A stretch of DNA of 64,000 bases from Eledone cirrhosa (Eukaryota): positions 78,368,001 through 78,432,000 of the forward strand of contig OZ024745.1 of NCBI GenBank assembly GCA_964016885.1. Reading direction: 5' to 3'. The position numbers and the translations under genes are program-made. The notes under the pieces are model-generated. The model was not told the origin of the DNA. It did not search any database and saw only the letters and a program-made list of their open reading frames with translations. This document shows, one piece after another, positions 1 through 12,750 of this stretch (within the stretch, counting starts at the first letter, position 1; each line of letters opens with the position of its first letter).

Positions 1-3000
1 GTAAATGAAGTATATCTCAACCAGTCGAGAGAAGTTTTGTTGGTGAGTAAATGAAGTATATCTCAACCAGTCGAGAGAAGTTTTGTTGGTGAGTAAATGA
101 AGTATGTCTCAATCAGTCTAGAGAAGTTTTGTTGGTGAGTAAATGAAGTATATCTCAACCAGTTGAGAGAAGTTTTGTTGGTGAGTAAATGTAGTATATC
201 TCAACCAGTCGAGAGAGGTTTTGTTGGTGAGTAAATGAAGTATATCTCAACCAGTCGAGGGAAGTTTTGTTGGTTAGTAAATGAAGTATGTCTCAACCAG
301 TCGAGAGAAGTTTTGTTGGTGAGTAAATGAAGTATGTCTCAATCAGTCTAGAGAAGTTTTGTTGGTGAGTAAATGAAGTATATCTCAACCAGTCGAGAGA
401 AGTTTTGTTGGTGAGTAAATGAAGTATGTCTCAACCAGTCGAGAGAAGTTTTGTTGGTGAGTAAATGAAGTATGTCTCAACCAGTCGAGAGAAGTTTTGT
501 TGGTGAGTAAATGAAGTATATCTCAACCAGTCGAGAGAAGTTTTGTTGGTGAGTAAATGAAGTATATCTCAATCAGTCTATAGAAGTTTTGTTGGTGAGT
601 AAATGAAGTATGTCTCAATCAGTCTAGAGAAGTTTTGTTGGTGAGTAAATGAAGTATATCTCAACCAGTCGAGAGAGGTTTTGTTGGTGAGTAAATGAAG
701 TATATCTCAACTAGTCGAGAGAAGTTTTGTTGGTGAGTAAATGAAGTATGTCTCAATCAGTCTAGAGAAGTTTTGTTGGTGAGTAAATGAAGTATATCTC
801 AACCAGTCGAGAGAAGTTTTGTTGGTGAGTAAATGAAGTATGTCTCAACCAGTCGAGAGAAGTTTTGTTGGTGAGTAAATGAAGTATGTCTCCATCATTC
901 TAGAGAAGTTTTGTTGGTGAGTAAATGAAGTATATCTCAACCAGTCGAGAGAAGTTTTGTTGGTGAGTAAATGAAGTATGTCTCAACCAGTCGAGAGAAG
1001 TTTTGTTGGTGAGTAAATGAAGTATGTCTCCATCATTCTAGAGAAGTTTTGTTGGTGAGTAAATGAAGTATATCTCAACCAGTCGAGAGAAGTTTTGTTG
1101 GTGAGTAAATGAAGTATGTCTCAACCAGTCGAGAGAAGTTTTGTTGGTGAGTAAATGAAGTATGTCTCAACCAGTCGAGAGAAGTTTTGTTGGTGAGTAA
1201 ATGAAGTATATCTCAACCAGTCGAGAGAGGTTTTGTTGGTGAGTAAATGAAGTATATCTCAACCAGTCGAGGGAAGTTTTGTTGGTGAGTAAATGAAGTA
1301 TATCTCAACCAGTCGAGAGAGGTTTTGTTGGTGAGTAAATGTAGTAAATCTCAACCAGTCGAGAGAAGTTTTGTTGGTGAGTAAATGAAGTATATCTCAA
1401 CCAGTCGAGAGAAGTTTTGTTGGTGAGTAAATGTAGTATATCTCAACCAGTCGAGAGAAGTTTTGTTGGTGAGTAAATGAAGTATATCTCAACCAGTCGA
1501 GAGAGGTTTTGTTGGTGAGTAAATGTAGTATATCTCAACCAGTCGAGAGAAGTTTTGTTGGTGAGTAAATGAAGTATATCTCAACCAGTCGAGAGAAGTT
1601 TTGTTGGTGAGTAAATGTAGTATATCTCAACCAGTCGAGAGAAGTTTTGTTGGTGAGTAAATGAAGTATATCTCAACCAGTCGAGAGAAGTTTTGTTGGT
1701 GAGTAAATGTAGTATATCTCAACCAGTCGAGAGAAGTTTTGTTGGTGAGTAAATGAAGTATATCTCAACCAGTCGAGAGAAGTTTTGTTGGTGAGTAAAT
1801 GAAGTATATCTCAACCAGTCGAGAGAAGTTTTGTTGGTGAGTAAATGTAGTATATCTCAACCAGTCGAGAGAAGTTTTGTTGGTGAGTAAATGAAGTATA
1901 TCTCAACCAGTCGAGAGAAGTTTTGTTGGTGAGTAAATGAAGTATATCTCAACCAGTCGAGAGAAGTTTTGTTGGTGAGTAAATGAAGTATATCTCAACC
2001 AGTCGAGGGAAGTTTTGTTGGTGAGTAAATGAAGTATATCTCAACCAGTCGAGGGAAGTTTTGTTGGTGAGTAAATGAAGTATGTCTCAACCAGTCGAGA
2101 GAAGTTTTGTTGGTGAGTAAATGAAGTATATCTCAACCAGTCGAGAGAGGTTTTGTTGGTGAGTAAATGAAGTATATCTCAACCAGTCGAGAGAAGTTTT
2201 GTTGGTGAGTAAATGAAGTATGTCTCAATCAGTCTAGAGAAGTTTTGTTGGTGAGTAAATGAAGTATATCTCAACCAGTCGAGAGAAGTTTTGTTGGTGA
2301 GTAAATGAAGTATGTCTCAACCAGTCGAGAGAAGTTTTGTTGGTGAGTAAATGAAGTATGTCTCCATCATTCTAGAGAAGTTTTGTTGGTGAGTAAATGA
2401 AGTATATCTCAATCAGTCTATAGAAGTTTTGTTGGTGAGTAAATGAAGTATGTCTCAATCAGTCTAGAGAAGTTTTGTTGGTGAGTAAATGAAGTATATC
2501 TCAACCAGTCGAGAGAGGTTTTGTTGGTGAGTAAATGAAGTATATCTCAACTAGTCGAGAGAAGTTTTGTTGGTGAGTAAATGAAGTATGTCTCAATCAG
2601 TCTAGAGAAGTTTTGTTGGTGAGTAAATGAAGTATATCTCAACCAGTCGAGAGAAGTTTTGTTGGTGAGTAAATGAAGTATGTCTCAACCAGTCGAGAGA
2701 AGTTTTGTTGGTGAGTAAATGAAGTATGTCTCCATCATTCTAGAGAAGTTTTGTTGGTGAGTAAATGAAGTATATCTCAACCAGTCGAGAGAAGTTTTGT
2801 TGGTGAGTAAATGAAGTATGTCTCAACCAGTCGAGAGAAGTTTTGTTGGTGAGTAAATGAAGTATGTCTCAACCAGTCGAGAGAAGTTTTGTTGGTGAGT
2901 AAATGAAGTATGTCTCAACCAGTCGAGAGAAGTTTTGTTGGTGAGTAAATGAAGTATGTCTCAACCAGTCGAGAGAAGTTTTGTTGGTGAGTAAATGAAG

Positions 3001-5099
3001 TATGTCTCAACCAGTCGAGAGAAGTTTTGTTGGTGAGTAAATGAAGTATGTCTCAACCAGTCGAGAGAAGTTTTGTTGGTGAGTAAATGAAGTATATCTC
3101 AACCAGTCGAGAGAAGTTTTGTTGGTGAGTAAATGAAGTATGTCTCAACCAGTCGAGAGAAGTTTTGTTGGTGAGTAAATGAAGTATATCTCAACCAGTC
3201 GAGAGAAGTTTTGTTGGTGAGTAAATGAAGTATGTCTCAACCAGTCGAGAGAAGTTTTGTTGGTGAGTAAATGAAGTATATCTCAACCAGTCGAGAGAAG
3301 TTTTGTTGGTGAGTAAATGAAGTATGTCTCAACCAGTCGAGAGAAGTTTTGTTGGTGAGTAAATGAAGTATATCTCAACCAGTCGAGAGAAGTTTTGTTG
3401 GTGAGTAAATGAAGTATATCTCAACCAGTCGAGAGAAGTTTTGTTGGTGAGTAAATGAAGTATGTCTCAACCAGTCGAGAGAAGTTTTGTTGGTGAGTAA
3501 ATGAAGTATGTCTCAACCAGTCGAGAGAAGTTTTGTTGGTGAGTAAATGAAGTATATCTCAACCAGTCGAGGGAAGTTTTGTTGGTGAGTAAATGAAGTA
3601 TATCTCAACCAGTCGAGAGAAGTTTTGTTGGTGAGTAAATGAAGTATGTCTCAACCAGTCGAGAGAAGTTTTGTTGGTGAGTAAATGAAGTATATCTCAA
3701 CCAGTCGAGAGAAGTTTTGTTGGTGAGTAAATGAAGTATGTCTCAACCAGTCGAGAGAAGTTTTGTTGGTGAGTAAATGAAGTATATCTCAACCAGTCGA
3801 GAGAAGTTTTGTTGGTGAGTAAATGAAGTATATCTCAACCAGTCGAGAGAAGTTTTGTTGGTGAGTAAATGAAGTATGTCTCAACCAGTCGAGAGAAGTT
3901 TTGTTGGTGAGTAAATGAAGTATATCTCAACCAGTCGAGAGAAGTTTTGTTGGTGAGTAAATGAAGTATATCTCAACCAGTCGAGAGAAGTTTTGTTGGT
4001 GAGTAAATGAAGTATATCTCAACCAGTCGAGAGAAGTTTTGTTGGTGAGTAAATGAAGTATGTCTCAACCAGTCGAGAGAAGTTTTGTTGGTGAGTAAAT
4101 GAAGTATATCTCAACCAGTCGAGAGAAGTTTTGTTGGTGAGTAAATGAAGTATATCTCAACCAGTCGAGAGAAGTTTTGTTGGTGAGTAAATGAAGTATG
4201 TCTCAACCAGTCGAGAGAAGTTTTGTTGGTGAGTAAATGAAGTATATCTCAACCAGTCGAGAGAAGTTTTGTTGGTGAGTAAATGAAGTATGTCTCAACC
4301 AGTCGAGAGAAGTTTTGTTGGTGAGTAAATGAAGTATATCTCAACCAGTCGAGAGAAGTTTTGTTGGTGAGTAAATGAAGTATATCTCAACCAGTCGAGA
4401 GAAGTTTTGTTGGTGAGTAAATGAAGTATGTCTCAACCAGTCGAGAGAAGTTTTGTTGGTGAGTAAATGAAGTATATCTCAACCAGTCGAGGGAAGTTTT
4501 GTTGGTGAGTAAATGAAGTATATCTCAACCAGTCGAGAGAAGTTTTGTTGGTGAGTAAATGAAGTATGTCTCAACCAGTCGAGAGAAGTTTTGTTGGTGA
4601 GTAAATGAAGTATATCTCAACCAGTCGAGAGAAGTTTTGTTGGTGAGTAAATGAAGTATATCTCAAACAGTCGAGAGAGGTTTTGTTGGTGAGTAAATGA
4701 AGTATATCTCAACCAGTCGAGAGAAGTTTTGTTGGTGAGTAAATGAAGTATATCTCAACCAGTCGAGGGAAGTTTTGTTGGTGAGTAAATGAAGTATGTC
4801 TCAACCAGTCGAGAGAGGTTTTGTTGGTGAGTAAATGAAGTATATCTCAACCACTCGAGAGAAGTTTTGTTGGTGAGTAAATGAAGTATATCTCAAACAG
4901 TCGAGAGAGGTTTTGTTGGTGAGTAAATGAAGTATGTCTCAACAAGTCGAGAGAAGTTTTGTTGGTAAGTAAATGAAGTATGTCTCAAACAGTCGAGAGA
5001 GGTTTTGTTGGTGAGTAAATGAAGTATGTCTCAACCAGTCGAGAGAAGTTTTGTTGGTGAGTAAATGAAGTATGTCTCAATCAGTCGAGAGAGGTTTTG
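1..5099. repeat. 46-bp tandem satellite/minisatellite, about 111 copies, running off the window start
   Basis: Unit GTAAATGAAGTAT(A/G)TCTCAACCAGTCGAGAGAAGTTTTGTTGGTGA. Register recurs exactly at 1, 1381, 2761, 4141 and 5061, so there are no net indels. Confidence 0.99.
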
Positions 5100-5310
5100 C
5101 CATGTTCGAGGAAAACAAGTAGATGTGTAGCCAGTGAGGATTTAGAGATATTAATGGTGTTTGTGATGTGAATTGGTATTTGTCCGTCGCTCAGTAGTTT
5201 ACGTTCATTGCGCTTTGGCAGCATTAGAAACTGTTCTAAAACATTAAAACTGGTCAGACCACTTGGCGTTGATGAAATACCACTTGGGATATGGAATCAC
5301 AAACAATATA

Positions 5311-5489
5311 ATTGTTTCTACTTTTGGCACAAGGCCAAGAATTATTCCAGTGCATTACTGGTACTTTATTTTATCGACCCCGCAAGGATGAAAGGCAAAG
5401 TTAACCTCGGCGGAATTTGAACTCACAATGGCAAGGCCGTAACTCTATGCGTCAAAGCATGGTGTCTGACCCTCTACCGATACTGCCAA
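5311..5489 (-). mobile_element. Same SINE family
   Basis: Reverse complement of the 6420 consensus; flanked by an ACAATATAAT duplication. Confidence 0.9.
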
Positions 5490-5597
5490 CAATATAATGA
5501 TATTCTCTTGAGGTTCTGCGATAACGTGTATATATAAATATATATATGTGTGTGTGTGTAAAAGGGAAACCGAAATAACAAAACAAACGTCACAGTA

Positions 5598-5680
<83 letters not shown>

Positions 5681-6419
5681 CGAGAGAGTTAATAAATGAA
5701 ACAAAACAAGGCCCAGGAAGCAAAATTACAGTTATACTAGGTTCGAGCTTGGAGAGGGTCTCAACATTTCGGACAGAAGTCTTGCTTCAATGTATATATG
5801 TATATATACGTTCTGTGTTCAAATACCACCGAGGTAAACTTTGCCTTTCATCCTTCCAGAGTTGATAAAATAGAATATCAGTTAAGTATTGAGGACAATA
5901 TAATCGACTTTCCCTTCCCCAAAATTGCGCCAATGTAAGAAATGATTATTATTATTACTATTTATTTACAGAAACAACTTGATTGTGCATAAGAAGTGGT
6001 AAAGTTGAAGAATATATATTATCTGCTTTTATATGCTGTAATTTTGCTGATGATAGCTTAGTCTTTCATTCTTTCGGGGTTGAAAAATAAGTACTTCGTA
6101 TATACTAAGGTCGATTTATTCCATTATACCGCCTCACCTCCTAGAAATCTATGAACCTAAGCAATGAACGCGGCATTGCACTGGACATCAACACAAATTC
6201 TAAGATTTAATACACACTTACGTCGCTATTTGTCGGAAATAGCACCAAATGTATAGTTGTGTGTGTGTCTGTGTGTGCGTGTGCGTGTGCGTGTGCGTGC
6301 GTGTGCGTGTGCGCGTGCGTGCGTGCGCGAGTGTGTGTGTTTTATTGTTTTGTGTGTTTTATTGTTTTGTGTGTTTTATTTATTTTTTGTGTGTTTTGCG
6401 ACATTATTTTTACTTCTAG

Positions 6420-6606
6420 GGCGGTGGATTGGCAGTATCGGTAGAGGGTCGGACGCCATGCTTTGCAACAAAGAGTTACGGCCCTTTATGGTCTGAGTTT
6501 AAATCCCGCCGAGGTTAACTTTGCCTTTCATCCTTACGGGGTCGATAAAATAAAGTACCAGTAATACACTGGCCTAAATGCTGGCCTTGTGCCAAAAGTA
6601 GAAACA
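6420..6606 (+). mobile_element. Abundant ~185-bp tRNA-derived SINE (Meta-domain-like), full length with a 17-bp target duplication
   Basis: GCGGTGGATTGGCAGTATCGG...GAGTTTAAATCC...GCCTTTCATCCTTACGGGGTCGATAAAATAAAGTACCAG...GTAGAAAC, with ATTATTTTTACTTCTAG on both sides. About 20 full or partial copies in the window. Confidence 0.92.
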
Positions 6607-7431
6607 ATTATTTTTACTTCTAGAATTTATCGTCTGATTTAGAAGCAGATAAGATTTAAATTTCAAGGTCACTGGTATGAATTATTCAGTTAGTTTCAAG
6701 AAATGTTATTTTACCTCGCTCTATATTGTATTTTCCTGTCACTAAAACGTCATGCTGTTTGTTAAAACTATTGGATTCCCTATCTGGTGTATTTATTGAA
6801 GAATGTGCAATACTGAAAACTGAAAAAAATAAAAAACCCTAAATAATAAATAAATAGTATCAATAAGGAAGTGAATTAACATTATGCCAACTTTAATACT
6901 TGATGGGAATTTAAGTTAGTCGAACTTTTTTCTATTTTCCTGTTTATAATGGAATATACATAAATATGTGTGTATATATCATCGGTGTTGTAAGGGTTGT
7001 AAAGTGATGGTTGATAGTAGTAATAAGTTATTGTTGAGTCGAGTTTACGTCACATATCATTCGATTCTCTTATTGTTGTCTTGTCTGTTTAGTTCATCTG
7101 TTGGATGGTAGTAGTCGAAGTAGTTGAATGAGGGAGTAGCTTGTTGGTCAAGTAAATTCCATTTCACTTACTCATCATTGTTTCCTTTACACTGCAGTTT
7201 TTGTTGGTGTTTAGCCCCAGATCAACCCTAATATAGCAGACCTATGATGAAAAGCCTTCACGTCGTGATAATCCTGTTTTACGAGCGACCATGGAGATGA
7301 TTCTCAGTTTTAGGAGCATTGGAACGGTGCGAAGTTGACTCGCTTTGTTTTCACATGAAAACGGCGTCACCTGTCGTGATCCGATGATCCCTCAAGGATT
7401 TCTAGAAGTATACATATATACCTGTCTCCTC

Positions 7432-7479
<48 letters not shown>

Positions 7480-7484
<5 letters not shown>

Positions 7485-7616
7485 AGCGCTGCTAGGCAGG
7501 GATTTCTGGAAATTGTCCATCGGCTCCGGCCCGAAAATTCTCCGGAAGAGATTGGCTAGTTGAATTTCATCGACGCCCAAAGTCTCCCCAAACATGTCCT
7601 CGCCCTTGCTCTCCAT
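7480..7616 (-). mobile_element. Probable Tx1/L1 LINE fragment from just upstream of the zinc knuckle
   Basis: TLGVDEIQLANLFRRIFGPEPMDNFQKSL, then a frameshifted AxQRY; GC-rich island in AT-rich context. Confidence 0.45.
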
Positions 7617-8226
7617 TAACCCTCTATAGAGAGGGCGAGAGTTTAGGAGTGATTAATATACAGAGGGGGATTAGGAGAGATAAGTTTAAATATTTATAGA
7701 GAGTGAGAGAGTGTATTAGTCTTAGATATAGAGAGTGGGATAAGAGAGGGGGTGTCGTGGTAGATATAGAGAGGGGTAGAGTTTGGTTTTAGTAGATATA
7801 GAGAGGGGGTTAAAAGAGAGTTTTGTGTGATAGACATAGAGAGGGGAAAGTTTGGTGGCACTTTCGAGTCCCAAATAATAGTAGGGGACAATAATGTGTG
7901 TGGGGGGCTTAGGAAGTCAGTAATTGTATAGTGTACGTTCATAAATATGCGATATCTTGTAATGTTCTTCTTTTATCATATATAAAGTTTGCTTTTTTAA
8001 TGTAAAATAAAATTATTATTAGATTCTCCAGCTGCTGTATCAATATGAATCACTTTCAATAAAATTTCGCCGGAGATAAATTAGCAAAATTTAATAAGCG
8101 GGTGGGGTGGTCTGACAAATTAATAAGCGATAGAAAACAGGATTCATTAACCACCCTTAAACTGTATTGATTGTTTCTTAATTATTTGCATCATGTTATT
8201 TTTACTGTAATTTCTTTGTATTTTAG

Positions 8227-8358
8227 ACGTCACATTTGTAAAAAGCAGAGGGTGGTGCAAACACCGATTCGAAAGCAAGAAATCGTTTCCCGCCCGATGT
8301 ACCAGCGAGTTATGAGACCATGTAGATCATCAGAAACTGGATATTGTTCTACTGTAAA
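8227..8358 (+). CDS. EGFL7/8-like: EGFL7/EGFL8-like gene, first visible coding exon (N-terminal half of EMI domain)
   Basis: Acceptor ttttag|A and donor AA|gtaagc, phase 2-2. Encodes RHICKKQRVVQTPIRKQEIVSRPMYQRVMRPCRSSETGYCSTV(K) with EMI-type Cys spacing; joins in frame to the 11179 exon. Confidence 0.9.
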
Positions 8359-8665
8359 GTAAGCGGACATTTTATTTATTGATTGTTTTCCTACACCCAA
8401 GGCCGGATTAACATAGTAGGAAAAGTAGCATTTGCTGCGGGACACGTACGAAGTCCTTTATAGTATATTGTATTGCCTCAGTGGAGTAGATAGAGTGTGT
8501 GAATCCCCGAGGTCCGAGGCACTCTAATTTGTACCACTTGGTCCCTTCGCCTCAAAGCCTATACAGACAAAAGTCCCGCCCCATAAAAGTGTCACTCACC
8601 GTCCTCACCCTCATCTACGCTCCTGTGTCGCTTTAAACTGTTAATTTAATGCCTTTTATAATATA

Positions 8666-9250
8666 CTAGCAGTGGTACCCGGCGTTGCACGGGATAAGGT
8701 ATTTTGGAACGCGGGCCGCCAACAGACCTAATCGTGGAAAAACTGCATGCCTGGACAATATGTAAAGAAAATAAACCGAATACTCTGATGGCTGAATAAT
8801 CTTAAGATTTTCCTCAATGAAGCAGGAAAAATGCAGATTTTCGCCTAATGCGGGCCCTAGGGGATCAAGAAAATGAATTTTTTTTATATGCATAATATGC
8901 CTTGAAATTTCGGGAAATTGGCTAGACGTAACGCCTCAAAAAAGCCGTAAAAAGCTGAAAAAATGAAGTTTTTCACCTAATGCGGGACCTAGGCCATAAA
9001 AAGTTGGATTTTATTTGCTCACAGTATGAAGAAGAGACTGACTAATAGATAGTTACAATTTCAAGGAAATCGGTCTGACGTAACGCCTCAAAAACCCCCT
9101 AAAAAGCTGAAAACATGTGCATAACACTCCCTGAAACATAAGTAATACACATGTAAAGTTTGAAAAAAAACGGTTGGGTACTTCGAGTTTTAGGGATTGA
9201 AACTCACAGACACACACACAGACAGACATCCTCAGTTTTATATATATAGA
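8666..9250 (-). mobile_element. Non-autonomous Helitron, both ends intact
   Basis: Minus strand starts TCTATATATA and ends with hairpin CCCGTGCAACGCCGGG followed by CTAG. Inserted between A and T with no target-site duplication. Confidence 0.85.
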
Positions 9251-9384
9251 TGTTGCACGCTCTGTACTAACCTAATCTGTCTTCGCCGTTGATACAGGCT
9301 ATAGGATGATCAGATCTATGATCAAAGCTGATAACTGTCTGTTTTAACTTTTTTCAACCATAATATTATCTATATTATGTAATA

Positions 9385-9573
9385 GCGGTGGATTGGCAGT
9401 ATCGGTAGAGGGTCGGACGCCATGCTTTGCAGCAAACAGTTACGGCCCTTTATGGTTTGAGTTCAAATCCCGCCGAGGTTAACTTTGCCTTTCATCCTTA
9501 CGGGGGTCGATAAAATAAAGTACCAGTAATACACTGAGATAATTGCTGGCTTTGTGCCAAAAGTAGAAACAAT
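9385..9573 (+). mobile_element. Same SINE family
   Basis: Full length, flanked by a TATATTATGTAAT duplication. Confidence 0.9.
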
Positions 9574-9841
9574 ATATTATGTAATGTGTCTTTTTTCGTA
9601 TAAGACGGTATGGTATGGTTTAAGGGAAATTTTTCTGCTAATTTCTAACAAGTCAAGCGACCATTTTGAGATTCACCCATTGGATCGATCGGCTTACACG
9701 TCTGATATATAGTAGCAGCCGAAATCTATGATAAAGTTATAACCGAGACTGCACCAACGTGTATAAACATATATACACACATCTAATATGTAGACATGTA
9801 AACATGTCAGAAAATACGAATTTCCGTGTAAATTGAAAATA

Positions 9842-9905
9842 TGATATGCATCTTTAATCGATTTTCGTATTTTTTGTTTATCCTCATCAGAAGACGTGTA
9901 TATCA
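9842..9905 (-). ncRNA. Type I hammerhead ribozyme motif
   Basis: Minus strand: UGAUAU-aca-CGUCUU CUGAUGA GGAU(aaacaaaaa)AUAC GAA AAUCGAUU A AAGAUG-c-AUAUCA. Intact core, palindromic stem III, UUA triplet, one mismatch in stem II. Confidence 0.8.
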
Positions 9906-11178
9906 ACCAATCAACTACAAAGAAACATGTTTTTGATACACATCCATTCGCCCATGCTATTATTCTGAAATGGACATACTAATTTGCATATAATTAGCGC
10001 TCCTGTCGAGATATATATAGTAGGAAGTACGCTATGTTTTCCTGCGGTGTTTTCTTTTGCGGTCACGACTACCAAATGATTAACTTGCGACCTCGCAGAG
10101 AAGACAATAGATAAATTTCCTTTGTGGAAGAAATCATACCGCCAATTGTACGAAAAGAGGACGTTTTCTAAGGCCATCTGTTTGCTGTAAAGTAACTAGT
10201 GGTCATTATAAATATGCCGTCGTTGGGCCCTAGCAACAAACATCCTCTTCCACATCACCTGTAAAACAACACAGTCTGCCACATAACAATTTACTACTAC
10301 TACTAGCAATGCAACTGTCTGACTATACGCGGTAAATAAAGTGATTCCTCGCACAACACAGAAGCCTTATTGAACATTATAAGCATTTGTGAACAGAACG
10401 ATTACGATTCGAAGCAGTCATTTTTGTTTTTTGTTTTTTTTTTGCTTCTGTAAAGCTATATATCAAACCAGAATTGTTGTACTTGTCGTGTTCATCTTTT
10501 CTTCCACAACAAAAAGATTCGCTTCATTGGTGAGTCCGAACGTACGAACGATTTGCAGCCATATAAGACGAATAACTCCAGTGACGGGAGCCACGAAAGA
10601 AGTTAAGGACTCTTAGTGAAGAATAGGAAGTGTTATCGACAGGCCGGCGGTGGACCAATAAAAAATATAGTCAATGTCTTTATTATTTCATCCTTACGGG
10701 GTCGATAAAATAAAGTACCAGTAATGCACTGGGATAATTGCTGGCCTTGTGTCAAATGTAGAAACAATTATTTATATGTCACCATAGTGTGGTGTATTGG
10801 CAGGATCGTTACAACTTCAGATAAAATACTTTGTGATATTTTTCCGGTTCTTTGTTTTGAGTTAAAATCTCACTGAGATAAACTTAGCTTTTCACACCCC
10901 CCCCCCCCCTAGAGTTAACAACATAGTGTGTCAGTTAAGTACTGGGATCAATTTAGTCGGTTTTTACTTCTCCCCACATTGTTGGACTTGTAGCTAAATT
11001 AGAAATCACGAGAATGATGGATTGGTAAAATTAGTAGAGCGTCGGATAAAATGCCTTTGCAGTATTTGTTCTGGCTGTTTACTTTTTGAGTTCAAATTCC
11101 GCCGAGGTCAACTTTCCCTTTCATCCTCCCTTACTGGTATTGTGCCTAAATGACTATTAGTCACCTTCCTTTTTTCAG

Positions 11179-11297
11179 AGTGGTTCAACAAACAGCAGTT
11201 CGTTACGTGTTACGATTTCAAGCAGAACATCAAGTGATGTACACATGTTGTCCCGGTTGGACTCAACATTCTCGGAGAGAAAATACATGTCTAAAAC
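11179..11297 (+). CDS. EGFL7/8-like: EGFL7/8-like exon (C-terminal half of EMI domain)
   Basis: ttttttcag|A ... C|gtatgt, phase 2-1. VVQQTAVRYVLRFQAEHQVMYTCCPGWTQHSRRENTCLK carries the EMI hallmark CCPGW. Confidence 0.93.
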
Positions 11298-12325
11298 GTA
11301 TGTAGGCTATTAATTTGTTATATATAATGCCAAATCATCTACCACATCATTATCATCTCTACTATCATGAACATTCTTGTTACGATCCTAATCATAAAAA
11401 TCTGACACCGTCACACTGATCACACGTCAAATGTTCCTCATATAAAGCTGAATTGAGCTGCATTTCAAAACTAAGTTCGTTTGACCTGCTGCTAAGCACA
11501 TTAATCCTAAATTTGTAGAGGGAAATTCTTCCCAAAAGCACAGTTATAAATGTTTAGTTAGAGTCAACATATTTGACGCAGAGAGCATTAAAGCGTTAAC
11601 TAGAAATATACATGTAATAATGAACAAACAATATTAATCAATATCAATAAATAGCTAATATTATATTTGGGACATGCTTTCCAGCGTAGTTACGTCCCTT
11701 TACGATCTGAGTTCAAATCCCGCCAAGGTTAACTTTGCCTTTCATCCTTACGGGGTCGATAAAATAAAGTACCAGTAATGTACTAGGTAACTGTGATAAT
11801 TATCTTTCTTTTTTCGGTAAGTACGGGAGACAACTCTGGACATGTTTTGGTTTATTCTAACTTCAACAGTGAAGCGTAAACGTCATTGTACTTGCTCGAG
11901 TAATGATAATTGTACATTCTGGGGCGTAGATATTTATAAAAGAGCATGGCTCCTAAACTTTTTTCTATTCGTGGCCCCCACTTCAGATAAAATAACTGTT
12001 TCTTTTGCAACACTTCTCTCATGCTGGAAATGCAGTTGATACTAATACTGTATCTAATACTGCATAGAAATGGTAGTAGCTTGCCATAAACTAAAAGTAG
12101 AAAAAGTAAATATATTTTGTTTCTGAATTTGTTTAGCAAGATTCTTTATCTGAAAACGTGTGTTGAAACCGATATTGTTATACTTTGGGAGGGTCATGTT
12201 GCCAAAAAGAAACACACGCACCAGTTGCTTTCACTTCAATTTATTATAATACATTTATAGATTTAGGAATTTATAAATTTCCGGTTGGTTGGTTGGTTCC
12301 ACAACCAGATGGTTGTTTATATATT

Positions 12326-12370
12326 GTCAAAGTTCTTTCGTCACACATTCTGTGACCTCTTCAGTTACTG
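12326..12370 (-). ncRNA. Partly decayed hammerhead motif in a Penelope-like terminal repeat
   Basis: Minus strand: CUGAAGA g GUCACA gaaug UGUGAC GAAA GAACU U. Core and 6-bp stem II are intact; stem I pairs poorly. Confidence 0.55.
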
Positions 12371-12530
12371 GGGATATATTTTAATATATTAAAACAAAAG
12401 ATACCAATAATAATTCTTTCAACGAGATGGGAGTGATTCCTTATTTCATTTAGCTCAACATTCATCAGTGCTGGTCACAAGGCAGTTTCAATATTTTCAT
12501 ACATGGACGATATTCTGTCCTAATTGACCT

Positions 12531-12750
12531 AGTGGTGAGGGTGTTGGATTCCTGGACTGGGTCACGTGTTGTGTTCTTGAGCAAAACACTTCATTTCACG
12601 TTGCTCTAGTAAACTCAGCTGCAAATGAGTACCAACAATAGCTTGGGGTTTAACCCTGCGTCCAGGCGGAAGTGTTGTACTCTCAGTTGCTTCTCGACAT
12701 GAAACCAAGATAAGTACAGGCCTAACGAACCTTCTGGCTTAAGACAACAT
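12531..12750 (+). mobile_element. Older CORE-type SINE (others at about 17888-18160 + and 52150-52294 -)
   Basis: GTGTTCTTGAGCAAAACACTTCATTTCACGTTGCTC head/core shared with the 51188 SINE; different tail. Confidence 0.65.

Noticed and set aside
41-68. Hammerhead-like string in the satellite unit (TTGGTGA-GTAAAT-GAAG-TATA-TC)
   Set aside because: Needs three core substitutions and has no convincing stem I; probably chance.
1-5099. CRISPR-like array
   Set aside because: Units are contiguous with no unique spacers, there are no cas genes, and the context is eukaryotic.
5763-5791. Minus-strand hammerhead-like relic (TTGAAGCAA-GAC-ttct-GTC-CGAAATGT)
   Set aside because: Several core changes and no stem I, so not counted as a ribozyme.
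5972-5998. Possible micro-exon tttacag|AAACAAC...AAGTG|gtaaag upstream of the first visible exon
   Set aside because: Joining it to 8227 creates an in-frame TGA, and no signal-peptide exon could be supported in 5100-8226.
12436-12474. Minus-strand CTGATGA...GAAA pair (similar cases near 7385-7433 and 53262-53312)
   Set aside because: Stem I or stem II cannot be formed.
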